Positions 26,001 through 36,800 of a stretch of DNA of 64,000 nt are shown here, in pieces. A program made the position numbers and the translations under genes. The notes under the pieces are model-generated. The model was not told the origin of the DNA. It did not search any database and worked only from the letters and a program-made list of their open reading frames with translations. Origin of the DNA: Amphiscolops sp. MND2022 (taxonomy: Eukaryota); assembly GCA_964187785.1 (NCBI GenBank), contig OZ076409.1, positions 97,404,001 through 97,468,000 on the forward strand, read 5' to 3'. Every line of letters starts with the position of its first letter. Within the stretch, counting starts at the first letter, position 1.

Positions 26001-28289
26001 CTCTCAGGTTCGTTATGAGGTGGTCAGCATCATTGGCTGCGATTCCGATATCGTCCACATACTGGGCACACTGATCCGCTTTAATGACTTTGTCGAGGTA
26101 TTCCCTCATGAAACTCGAGAATGCGGATAGTGATCGACTAAGGCCTTGTGCCAAACGTCTGTAGGCGAAAGTGCGACTGGCAAAATTGAAAGCTAACATT
26201 TCGATTGAACGTTGGTCGGCCATTGGTAGGCAGTGGTATGCCTGCAAACAATCTAATTTACAGAACAGTTTTTTGCCTGCCAAGTGTTGCGCAGCATCAA
26301 CTAGTGTACTGACGATTATAATTGATATAATAATTGATAATAATTGATAACATCATCTGAGATGAGGTTGTTGATTTTTCTCAAGTCAACCAAGAGTCGG
26401 AGTTTCCCATTCGGTTTCTTTTGTGCAAATATTGGACTCGCATATTTCGAAAATGGTAGGGTGGTGATTATGCCATATTTGTGTAACATGGCAAATTCGA
26501 CTAAGATGTCCTCCTTCAGGTTGATAGGGGCTGGGAGGCTCTGGCTATATGCTGAGGAATTGTCCTTAAGCGTCAATTTCACCTTGAATTCCTCGTTCAT
26601 GCCTATATCAAATCGGTGTCGTGCAAAGATGTCATGGAATTCCACAAACAATTCCTCAATTTTCTCTTCTTCAGTTGTAGGGGTGGAATCTTTCCAATCG
26701 AAGTTTTCTAGGAATTTTGCACGAGATTCTGCATCTGTAGTGGGGTCGAGTGTCTACAGGTCCTGTAAGGCCTGTAACTCGCGTAGGATTCGTTTCTGGA
26801 TAGGTGTGTGTTCCTCGGGGTTTCCAGGGTTTTCTGGAGTTGGGAACCAGTAATTTTCAGGATTTTGTGGATTCCTGTTTGTCTTGATGAGACTGCTGAC
26901 GTAATGGGCCGCTTGTTCTTGGTCATTTTGCAAAAGGTGCCAGGTTGATGCCGGATCTACCGGTTTGACGTATTTCATTTGTTCTGGCGTCATGACTGAG
27001 AAATTGGCAATGTGAAGTCCCTTTTTGAGTTTATAAGGGTGGTCTGTGAAGTTGTTCACTGGTATCATTATATTGCCATCATTCAGAATGACAAAGGCTG
27101 GGCAAAATGTGATGTCGCCTTCTTCATGTAGAAGGTCGCTTGGTTGCAAAACTCCAGTAACCGCATTCTCAGGATACAGTAGGGAATTGGTCCTAATTAG
27201 GACTCTGTCATTTGGCGAAATTGTTATTTCAGTGGGGTTGAGAATCGGTTCTAGAACATTGGAGTATTTGTGATCAGCTGTTTTAAGCTGCATTGAAAAG
27301 AACGGGAAATTCAGGATTCCCTGTTTCATGTCCAAGACTGTATGGTTTCTCTGAAGGAACATTAGTCCAATGATCGGTCCTGTCAAATGTTCCATTACTA
27401 TAAAGATTTCATGGAACTCAATGTCACCAACTTCGAAGTTGAGCTCTATGGTACTCTTAGGAGTTTCCAGTTGCCCATTAGCGACCATGATTTGGAAGTT
27501 CGGAGGCGGACCTTCTCGGATAACAGATTGTGGAGATAGGAGGCGGATTTTCCGGAGGTCCATTTCAGGTATTGCACTGGACATCGCTCCAGTGTCAATG
27601 AGTCCGTCAATGGTCAATTCCCCAAAATCCATTGGGAAATACAACATGCGTTTTTTGCATTTGAGGTTGATGTTGGTTGACAGGGGTATACAGTCTGGTT
27701 CACCGTCTTTAGTGATTAAGACATTTTGGAACTGTTTCTCGTCTAGCAATGATTGTGGTATGGGTTCAACATTGCTATCATGGGTCTCGGTCCCCAATGG
27801 GTTTGGGAACACTGGAAGGTTTGTGCCATCATTCATTTGCCAGTTTTCGATTAGCGCTCGTGTTTTCTTGTTATGGGTATTTGGAGGGTTCGCGTGGACT
27901 GTTCTGTTATAATGGTCAATATCGTCCAGGACATTTTGATATTGCAGCGAATCTTGGTTGTAAAGTTCGGTGTCCCAGTAGGGATCTCTGCCGTAGTCTG
28001 GATCGATGTATGTTGGATTGTAGTCATCGATCAGGGGAATGGGCCTGAACCGGGTAGTGAAGGTGGTGGTGTAATCAGGGTCCCAAACAGGAATTGGTTT
28101 CTGGAATAAATGGGTGTTATTGTAGGTGATGGTGATGGCTTTTTCCATCTGCTGCTGCCAGACAACAGAGGGATAGCCCATCAATTGCTGATTGTATTGA
28201 TGGAAGGTTTGCGTTGGAGGGTCCGATCTGATGTATTGTTGGACAGACATTAGTTCGTTGTATTGGAGTCGTGGCGAAGTTAGTTTTTT
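23064..28289 (-). pseudogene. pol: pol: aspartic protease, reverse transcriptase, RNase H, integrase (interrupted)
   Basis: LIDTGA (~27590), YVDD (26050-26061), RNase H LMTDAS..KEFLAI..LTDNKP, integrase HPG..CEQC, D-D-E (QIDL, ITDKG, LERAH), GPF motif, C-terminal GKYNLRPNP..FRY* ending at 23064. Breaks near 26755, 26320 (tandem taattgataa duplication), 24445 and 23190. Confidence 0.95.
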
Positions 28290-30005
28290 GACTCATCATT
28301 GGAAGATGAGGATTGGGAGCTTGAAGATGTTTGCTTGTTCTGAGGTTTCTGAGCTTTTGAATTGGGCTTATTGTCAGTTGAGTCCTCGGGTCTAGTGCGT
28401 TTGGGTTTAAGATATGCACCAGCACCTTGCCAACATCTTTCCTCCGGGTGGTTCTTTTTAACACAAGTGCCACACTCCGGATACGTTTTCATCTGTGTTT
28501 GTTTGCCTTGCTGGGCATCTTTTTCTTTTTTCTTTTTGAGTTTTTCGCAGTCCTTGACCATATGGCCCTTTTCCTGCGATAATTGCAAGTAATGTCTGAC
28601 ATTTGCCCAGTGGACAGAGGAGTTTTAGATTTTGTAGTCGAGGAGGTCATTGTGGCCATTTGTAGGTCATCTGATTCCTCAAGGGCGTTGAGTTCCAACT
28701 CTCTCTCCAAATGAGCAACAATTTCATCATATGAGCCATTTTCTAATCTGGCAATGTTGACAGACCGCTTCAACTTAGGTGGCAGCTTTGCGTAAAGCAA
28801 GCTGTCAATCATTTTCTGTGCATGATCACCAAACGCCTTCTCGGCTCCCTGGTTTAATTCTTCGAGAAAATCAGGCAGCTTCATCGTATTGGGATCGAAG
28901 ACCAGACGGTGCCATTTATGTTTGGCAGTCGCCTGTGACTCGGGCTTGACGTATTTTCGTCTAAAGATGACTAATACGTCCTCTAGAGTTTGTCGGTTGC
29001 TTGAGCTGATATTTCTGAATGTCTGAAGAGCATTCTTCCTCAATAAAGAGTGGAAGTGATTGATCTTCATTTGTTCAGTCATTTCTGGCTGCATCTTGAT
29101 CATAGTATGGAAGAGATCTTCGAACAGTTCAAATTTCTCACTCTTGCCGTCAAAAGTCATAGTGTTGGAGTTGACTGGGCGTATTGTGAGTTGTTGTGCT
29201 GTTGGTCTATTCTGCATCGTAGTCAAGACGTCGGCCAATCTAGTAATGGGATCAGGGTCGGCAGCTGTAGCAATTCTCTCGTGCGCTGGGATCGTCGTGT
29301 CAAGGTTGATGTCCTCATAGGACTGATTGAGATGACTTCTTGATGGGATACGTCCTGTGAGAAACTCAGGAACTGGATTTGGAGATTCGTTGTCTCCTGT
29401 CACCATGTCATGAACGTTTAGCTCAGGAAAATCATTGTTAAACTGATTCCCATCTTGTTCATTTCTCAAGTTGTTCTTTGCGTTTAGGTTTCGATGAACT
29501 TCGGAATTTAATTCCCGTCTCTCGGACAAAACGTCCCATCCCTTTCTGGTCCCGTGTCCCGATCCGGCCATAATAACGTTTTGGATTTGAGGGAGTACCT
29601 GAGTACTTATAGCGTCGCTTATGGCCCTCTGTATCTGAACACTTACAGAATTCATCATCTCGTCCATCTCCCGTGAAATGCGGGAATTTAGTTCACTTGA
29701 CAACTTGTTAATCTCAGCACTAGAGGTAGCTGCAACTGAATTATTATCATATTCGGTATTTGCTCTAGAATGATCATTTCTCTGATTTCCATCTACATTT
29801 CCATTTTCATTCTCAGACTCATTGCTTGCGAAGCTTCTAGACCTTCTTGGCAAGTTACTGTTCAAACTACCTTCTCTCTCTCTCTCTCTCTCTCTCTTGC
29901 GTTAAAGTGATTTTCACCCAACATAATATCGATGTTCTCGATATCTGATAGCATTTCGAGTCCTCTTGACTTTCTTGCCTTTTTATGTTTCCTAGTAGTA
30001 GGCAT
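28280..30005 (-). pseudogene. gag: gag with two CCHC knuckles; starts inside the 5' LTR
   Basis: ATG at 30005 (MPTTRKHKK..LSDIENIDIMLG), capsid-like FDGKSEKFELFEDLF, knuckles CNY..KGHMVKDC (frameshifted near 28575) and CGTCVKKNHPEERC, stop at 28280. Confidence 0.9.
29388..29405 (-). promoter_or_regulatory. Primer-binding site TGGTGACAGGAG...
   Basis: TGG directly abuts the CA of the 5' LTR. Resembles tRNA-Leu-type (TGGTGTCAGGAG) or tRNA-Trp-type (TGGTGAC) PBS; the primer tRNA is not verified. Confidence 0.7.
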
Positions 30006-31299
30006 AGAAATGGTTCCGAATCAACAATGAATTATTAAATACGGAAAATAACAGCGAAGCCGTTTGTAATTCAATCTTTACTAGTAGCGTCTCAAAAGAA
30101 TTGTGTCCCACTCAGGCCAAGTACCGGTATATATACTTATGAGGGGATGACATTCACATATTTTACATACTTCTAGTCAAGATTGGTATTTCGAGATATG
30201 TAATGTACAACGTTTGAAAAGGTATTTAGGTTACTAAATACCTCCAGTTATATACTTCACATATCATTGGATAGGATCAAAGCACATTTTTCAACGGAAT
30301 CCCAATTGGGATAATTCCTAACATATACATGTTTGTCATAACTGCAACATCAAACAATTGGTATTTTGACCGATGTGAATACCGGTACAACAAGCAACAT
30401 ATTCATGGAAACATTATTCATTGTCAACAAATATCATCATCTGTTGATGGAATGTAAAACACGCATCAAAGGTCCTCTGAGCTAGCACGTGCCGCCATGC
30501 GGCTATCAATCAACATTGGAGAAACTAAGATTAAATAATACATGTCCCATGTATCTAAAATATTACTGCCCTATAATTACAAAGTGTACTCTAGTAAGGC
30601 CGAAATTGGCCAAATCCAAACTATTGGTATAGCATCAAAAGGGAAGGGGTAAAAGGCCCTATTCGGCATATTATTAACACTTGGTTTATTTAATTCACAA
30701 GGGTGAGTACTGGTGTTATTTAGCACTAAGCGCAAGTTCAAAGTGGTTCCTGGTTAATTTAGCTAGTTATTAGTGCAAATTATTCATCATTGGTGTATTT
30801 CGCCAAGACGGCCGGAACCGGCCGTTTGACCAAGGCATAGAACGAAGTGCATTTATTCAGTCAATTGGCCTTACTCGGCCGTTAGCGTATCAGAGTTGTA
30901 TTCAGTTCGTAATTGGAGCGTTGTGATTTGCTAGGACGGTGAGCTCAAGTGACGCTTTTGGATTAGCACTGTGCATCACTTGAACTCGTTTCCTATACCG
31001 CTTCACACTTGCTTGCATTTACGTATCTTTGATACTTTACATTCTAACTGCACTTCAATACATAGTAACCCGATATGGATATTTCCAAATCGTATAATTT
31101 TAACAGACTAATATGTATACATGTATAAATGAGAAAACTTAACAACGTCAATAAATACAACGTATCCAAAACAGTAAAACAGTGTAAAAGTTTACTTAAT
31201 TACTCTTTGACTAATAAATCGGAAGTGTGCCGGAAGCCGTCTCCTGTCCTTGCGTAGTCGTCGTGATCCTGGTGCCGTCACAGGCGGCAGCCTGCGACA
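29406..31299 (-). repeat. 5' LTR (1894 bp)
   Basis: Direct repeat of 14972-16860. TATA-like TATATATA near 30130, ~130 nt upstream of the gag ATG; both solo LTRs have TATAAATA at a comparable position. Confidence 0.95.
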
Positions 31300-32512
31300 A
31301 TAACATATCAAATTTATGCTTTTTTAAAAATTACTGTCATTATTGGTTGGTACTTACAGGTGTGAAACTTTTCATTAGTTTTGGGATAGAATATTTTATA
31401 GAGCTTATGAAATGAGTCTCTATTTTTTGTGATTTGGTTTCACGCTTTTCATTTTTGAACGTATCGTTAGTTCAACTACTCGCTTCAATATATTATTGAG
31501 CCATAATCGCAGTTTTAGCCAATGGTTTTTTGTAGCTGATTCGTTTTACTTTTTGAAAAAATTGTCTACAATTTTGAATGAAGCATTCAAACAATTTTTT
31601 CTCGGGAGCTGTAGCTTTGCTAAGCACACAAAAGAAAAACTTGGTCATTCATTGCTCATCAAACGTAATTCGAACTTCATCAACCGAAAAAGGTCTATTT
31701 AAAGTCCAAAAAGAACACTTGACTACATGACGATTACAGACAAAAACTGTGCATGATTTTCAATTGATTGTCTTCAATACACGAAGTTCTATTTGTTCAT
31801 GAATTGCAGCTTTCGCACTTTTTGAAGCAGAGACAGAAATTAAGTCGAGTCATCCTTACAGAGTTCAATAAAATTATATTAATTTTATTTTGGTAGATTA
31901 TTCAATCAATAAATCTACAGTATTTTGATTATCAAAAGTTCAATCAAAGCACTGGTATTGGCCATTTTTGAAGTTGGTTAAAATTCCCAAAAACTCAGTC
32001 AGTTGAAGACTTCTTTTTTGAGGGAACCTTTCACTGCAAAGGACTTTACTAGAAATGATGCTAGGTTCTTCAGAGATGCAATTATTTTCCACAAAAACTA
32101 ACAAAAGGCCAAACGTTTCATCATTTCTCGTAAAATCCTTTGCAGTGTGCAAAATGTGAAATTTTCTATGAATTTTTGTGAAAAACTTGCGACTTATTTT
32201 TTGCTTCTTTATACAATGTTGCAAAAAATCACTTGAGTTCTTGAGAAACTTGCAAGAAGTTCATGATTTGTAAGACATATGAAGTTACATGATTTGTAAG
32301 ATATCTTAAGGAAAAAGCAAGACGTCAAAAATGCTCAAGTTTTTTTAGTAGCGCATGTGATATCATGCATTTTTAGCATAGATTTCATCTGAAAAGTGTT
32401 TTGAATTGAACCAATGTTCTGACGATACGATCCAGTAAATTATCATATCCACTTGCCGAACAGAAAGCTGTTATAAACAAATCCTACTCCTTAAACAAGT
32501 TTCCCTAAATAA

Positions 32513-33804
32513 CAGGGTTGTTACGTTTAAAAACAGGGATTGTTTTAAACGTTTTAAAACAGACGCTTTAAAACAGACTCAGTATTTAAATAAAACAGTG
32601 TGTTTTTTCTTAGCCAATAATATTCGAGCACATACAAAACTACAATTTGTATTGAATTGCAAGATCTTGTGCTCAACCTAGATGCGCGTTCTTTTCAAGT
32701 ACCGGAGGGCTCGAACGAATGTTTTCAACAATGGGGTTGATACATTCCGACTTAAGAAATCGCCTCAATCCAGAGAAAGTGTCAAAACTTGCATTTTCTT
32801 ATCATTTACTGAATAGTAGCTATGATGCTCTCAATGATTCTTTGTAAAAAAAATTCCGATTTTTTTTGATACTGAATATCTTCTTTTTGGAAATTTAAGG
32901 AATTTAAAACAAAGTTTTTCAAAACAGTTTGAAACATTTTAAACATTAAAAAAAAAACATTTTGGACTATGTGTCGTATCCCCCCCCCCAAGCGGCCGCA
33001 GGGGGAAATACGACACAAGGTTCAAATACCATATGTCGACATCGTGTGCGCTGAAATTTTGGCCAATAGAAGAATTGATGTCGACATAATCCTATCTTTT
33101 ATATTGACTGCCAGTTAAAAGTTGCTCATTAGATTTTATCACGGGGAAAATTTTACGTTGAAATAGTGGCCTTTTTATACGATTTTAGCTTGTTCCAATC
33201 GTGAGTTTCTGCGATTTTGCACAATCTTATCAAAAAAGTAGGAAAATTTTTTTGCCTGAAGTGCCAAAACAGCTGTAAAGACAATCCTCTAAGTATTTAC
33301 ATTCATGAAAAATATTCTCTTATTAGTGAAATATTTCTTTTATTATTTTCCGCCTATATAAATTGGGGAGGAAAATCATGATCTGTGTTGCGTTTTTTTT
33401 CCAAATTCTGCCAAATCTCCTCCCAGTTTCACCTCACTTAGAGTTACTTGAATATTTTAGTTACTTGACTATTCTAGTTACTTAGTAAAATATAGTCACC
33501 ATGTCGCAGTTGGTAGTGCGTCTGCCTGGCAGACACGAGGTCATGGGTTCGAACCCGGGCTGATGCACTGCAATTTTAGCGGAAAATATCCCGGTGCTTA
33601 GCGGGCGTCTTGTTCAAGAACACAATGTGCTTTCGTGTGTGTGTGGGGGGGGGGAATTCGCAACAAGGTGTACCTGGAATTGAACACATGGTCCAACGTT
33701 TTTATTGAAAAGAAAGTTTTTATTGAAAAGAACGTTTTATTGAAAAGAACGTTTTTATTGAAAAGAACGTTTTATTGAAAAGAACGTTTTTAATAACGAC
33801 CCTG
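32513..33804 (+). mobile_element. Non-autonomous hAT element with nested insertions
   Basis: TIRs CAGGGTTGTTAC / ATAACGACCCTG and 8-bp TSD ctaaataa/ttaaataa. Remnant STGGLERMFSTMGLIHSDLRNRLNPEKVSKLAF at ~32695-32800. Subterminal tandem aacgtttttattgaaaag at 33696-33792. Confidence 0.75.
33495..33614 (+). repeat. tRNA-derived repeat (SINE-like head); related copies ~1300-1475 and ~47640-47712 (inverted)
   Basis: A-box-like TCGCAGTTGGT and B-box GGTTCGAACCC, but no acceptor stem. Tail gcggaaaatatcccggtgcttagcgNgcgtcttgtt shared with the ~1300-1475 copy. Confidence 0.6.
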
Positions 33805-33825
33805 TTAAATAAACAGTTTGATGAC

Positions 33826-36800
33826 ATGGGACTGAGTATTGCGGACTTCGGGGTGTTGATCAACGGGTGTGCTCTTGTAATTGCTTTCTGTGCCGGGGCT
33901 GTGAGTGCCACTGGAGACAACTTCAAACTGACCATTGCCTGTTTTGTCATTGGTTAGTTTCAACAGTCTATCATACCCAGAATTTCCCTAGGTTGCAAGA
34001 ATCACAACTCTTGCAGAATTGATTCAAGAATTCTTGCAAGATCTTGTAAGAAAATGCATTTTTAGAATCTAACTCTTGCAAAAATCTTGCAAGATTTGCA
34101 TTTTTCTACTCAGAATTTTACAAAAATGCACGAATCTTACAAACTTCTTACAAGATTGCATTTCCTGCCTCGAAAAATTTTAAACGGCTGCGAAAAAAAA
34201 ACGATTTTGCCCATGGCAAAAAAATGATACAATTGCCCATCCTAAAGCTTAGCTATTCAATTGACACCGCTAATTAGTGATGTAGCGAATTAGCGGCGAC
34301 GCAGCAAGTTTTCAGCGATTTCATTAGCGATTCTAACAAGCGGTAACATAAAGAATGCCCAAATTCAAATTATTTCAGAGTACACTCAGAGTTTCGGAAT
34401 TTTCCCACGAATTTTCAGAAAATTTCAACTGTTACCGATATAAAACTCTCGCACTATGAAAATAATCCAGTCTTTTATCTTGCAAAATAAAATTGACTAT
34501 GTTACCATTTGATTTCAAAACATACTTAAAGTCAAACATTCAATAGAAAAAACTTTTTCAGCGAAATAGCGATTTTGAATTAGCGTAAGGTGGTTAGCGA
34601 AAAAACTTAACAGTGTCAAAACCCTATCATACCACATTCGTCTGGGCAAGGTCGAGAGGGCAACATTGCAAACAAGTTAACATTGAAAGATTTTGGACCT
34701 GCCCGGGTTGACCCTCTTCTTACTATGTCTTGGCTACAATGAAATCCAGGGCAAGATTCTTACTGAGATCCTACTAAGATATCCATGGAGGGTCAACCCG
34801 GGTGCATATTCAAATCTGCACCCCACCAAGTTTTCTCCCAATAGGACTACAAACAACCCCAGTTGAAACTCCAGACAAAGTGTTATGAAATGGCAGATTT
34901 TCAGTCCAAAATGTTGGGTTAATGCTTTATTCTACCATGTGATAAGCAAGTCCTTTTAAATTTTGTCCGATCTTGTTAGTTTTTGGTAAACTTTGTCTGA
35001 TTTCACAAGTCTTAGTAGTTTTCACATGGTTTTGCATAGTCTTTTCAAGTATCTTGTAAAATATGAATGATCTTGCAAGCATTTTTGATATACAAGATGA
35101 GTGCAAGTTTCATTTGATTGTTTGGAGACACGCAATTCATAGCAGAAAATGCCAGAATTTTGGAAGTCCTAAGGTATTTTTAGTCGGCACTTTTTGAATA
35201 AAACAGACCGACTATTACAGTCACTCGTTTTTTTTTGTCTTTAAGAAAGTTACTGCAAAGGGTCCCCTTTCATTTTATACTTTCAAACGTAACATGACAT
35301 AAAAAACCCTTTGAAATTTTTCTGGCACTGTGCAACTTTTCTCGAATTTTTTTTGTCTCCAAAGGGTCCTCCCTTCGATTTTTTGGAAGTCCCCACTCGT
35401 AATATCTGGTGTAAAGCGCTATATCCGAACTTTTGACGTTATATCCAAACTACATTGCGTTTTAGAGAAAAGGAGGCGGATGTTCAAAAACAGGAGTTTT
35501 CCATTAAAACGTCTCACGCATAATTTAAAAACTGCGCTTTTTGAGCCTTAGATATAGCGCCGACTTTAGACGTTCCCGTCTTGTTTACTGAAAACGTTCA
35601 CAAGTACTTTTTCGCGTCACAAATCACTCTTAACGGCAGCTTCAGTTTGAATTGAGGCGGCAATTCTGCCACACTACTAAACTGGTACTTTACTAACTAC
35701 GTACATCAACTGGTAATTGATGCAATAAATCACAGATAGATTGTTAAGAATTAGAATTAAATGTTTGGTTCATCTCCAGCATTATTTCGCCCAGAAGTGT
35801 AACGATGAAACATTTTTTCTGACAATTTTTCAGCGCATACTCGTTATCTTGAAGTTTTTGTTATCTGCCTGAAGAGTTTGCCAATCGTTTCGATATTTCT
35901 TCGACCTCTTGAAAAATTCATTTCAAAGCAACTGTGCTCATCTGAGATTTCTATTTCCAACTTGAGATGAGTTGTCATTGCATAAACATCTTCAATTTTG
36001 CTCGACTTTTCGAACTTCACTTGTAAACTCACCCAAAAAATCAAATCAAGTACCATGAAATTCAAGTGTCGTTCAACAAAAATGAGAACAAAAAACACTG
36101 AAATTCCTCACATTATGAAAAAATGCAAAACATTTCACATATACAATGGCGGTGTAAAATTCAAATTAATAATAATAATGACCATTATTGTAAATTACTT
36201 ATTCAAATTATTATTTAAACCGATACTCACTCCAACATTTCCGGCTATATTTCGGTCTATCAACTTGACTTATGAATTTCTCAGTAAAATATTTCTTTAG
36301 TCTCTTCTTCAGTGTATCATACGTTTGATTTCCAGTTTTCATTTTATCAGGCAAAACGTTCCACAGAGGTATTACTCTCTTGAACAGACTGTTTCTCATT
36401 TGTTCACTCCTTGTATGAGCACGATAGTACAATTTCTTAGTTCTATTGTGACTTGTTATACGGGCGGTTTCTAAATTAGGCTGGGAAAAAGCGGGAAAAA
36501 GATTATGCTTCCATTTCCAGAAAAGATTGATAGCGTTCATGTCTAACGTCTTACGAACTGATATGATACCGTGTTTTGTTCTCAAATCCTGCGCTGAATC
36601 CATTTTATAACTATTGAAACACGCTTTTATACCCCAATTCAATTGTTTGTCTAAAGTCGAAATTGGGCTCTGAGAGGTACCTTTCAATAATACCGATGAA
36701 TACTGGAGATGGCTGATCACAAGGGCATTAAATAGAAATAATCGAGTTTTCTCTGGAAGGAAGTCGCGGACATAATAGACGGTTTTGATACTGGAAGACA

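Larger units (their letters stand above)
14972..31299 (-). mobile_element. Full-length 16.3-kb Ty3/Gypsy LTR retrotransposon with accessory genes (this copy is mutationally disabled)
   Basis: Direct repeats 14972-16860 and 29406-31299 with TGTC..GACA ends, TSD ATAAC (14967-14971, 31300-31304), PBS starting TGG, and gag-PR-RT-RH-INT order. Confidence 0.95.

Noticed and set aside
14972..31299. DIRS/Ngaro tyrosine-recombinase element, suggested by ORFs overlapping the repeats
   Set aside because: It encodes a DDE integrase and a protease and has a TSD and simple direct LTRs.
33495..33570. Functional tRNA gene (also ~1300-1370, ~47640-47710, ~60787-60855)
   Set aside because: A and B boxes are present but the acceptor stem does not pair, and the copies are embedded in repeats.
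33696..33792. CRISPR-like array
   Set aside because: Head-to-tail units without unique spacers, eukaryotic context, no cas genes. It is a hAT subterminal repeat.
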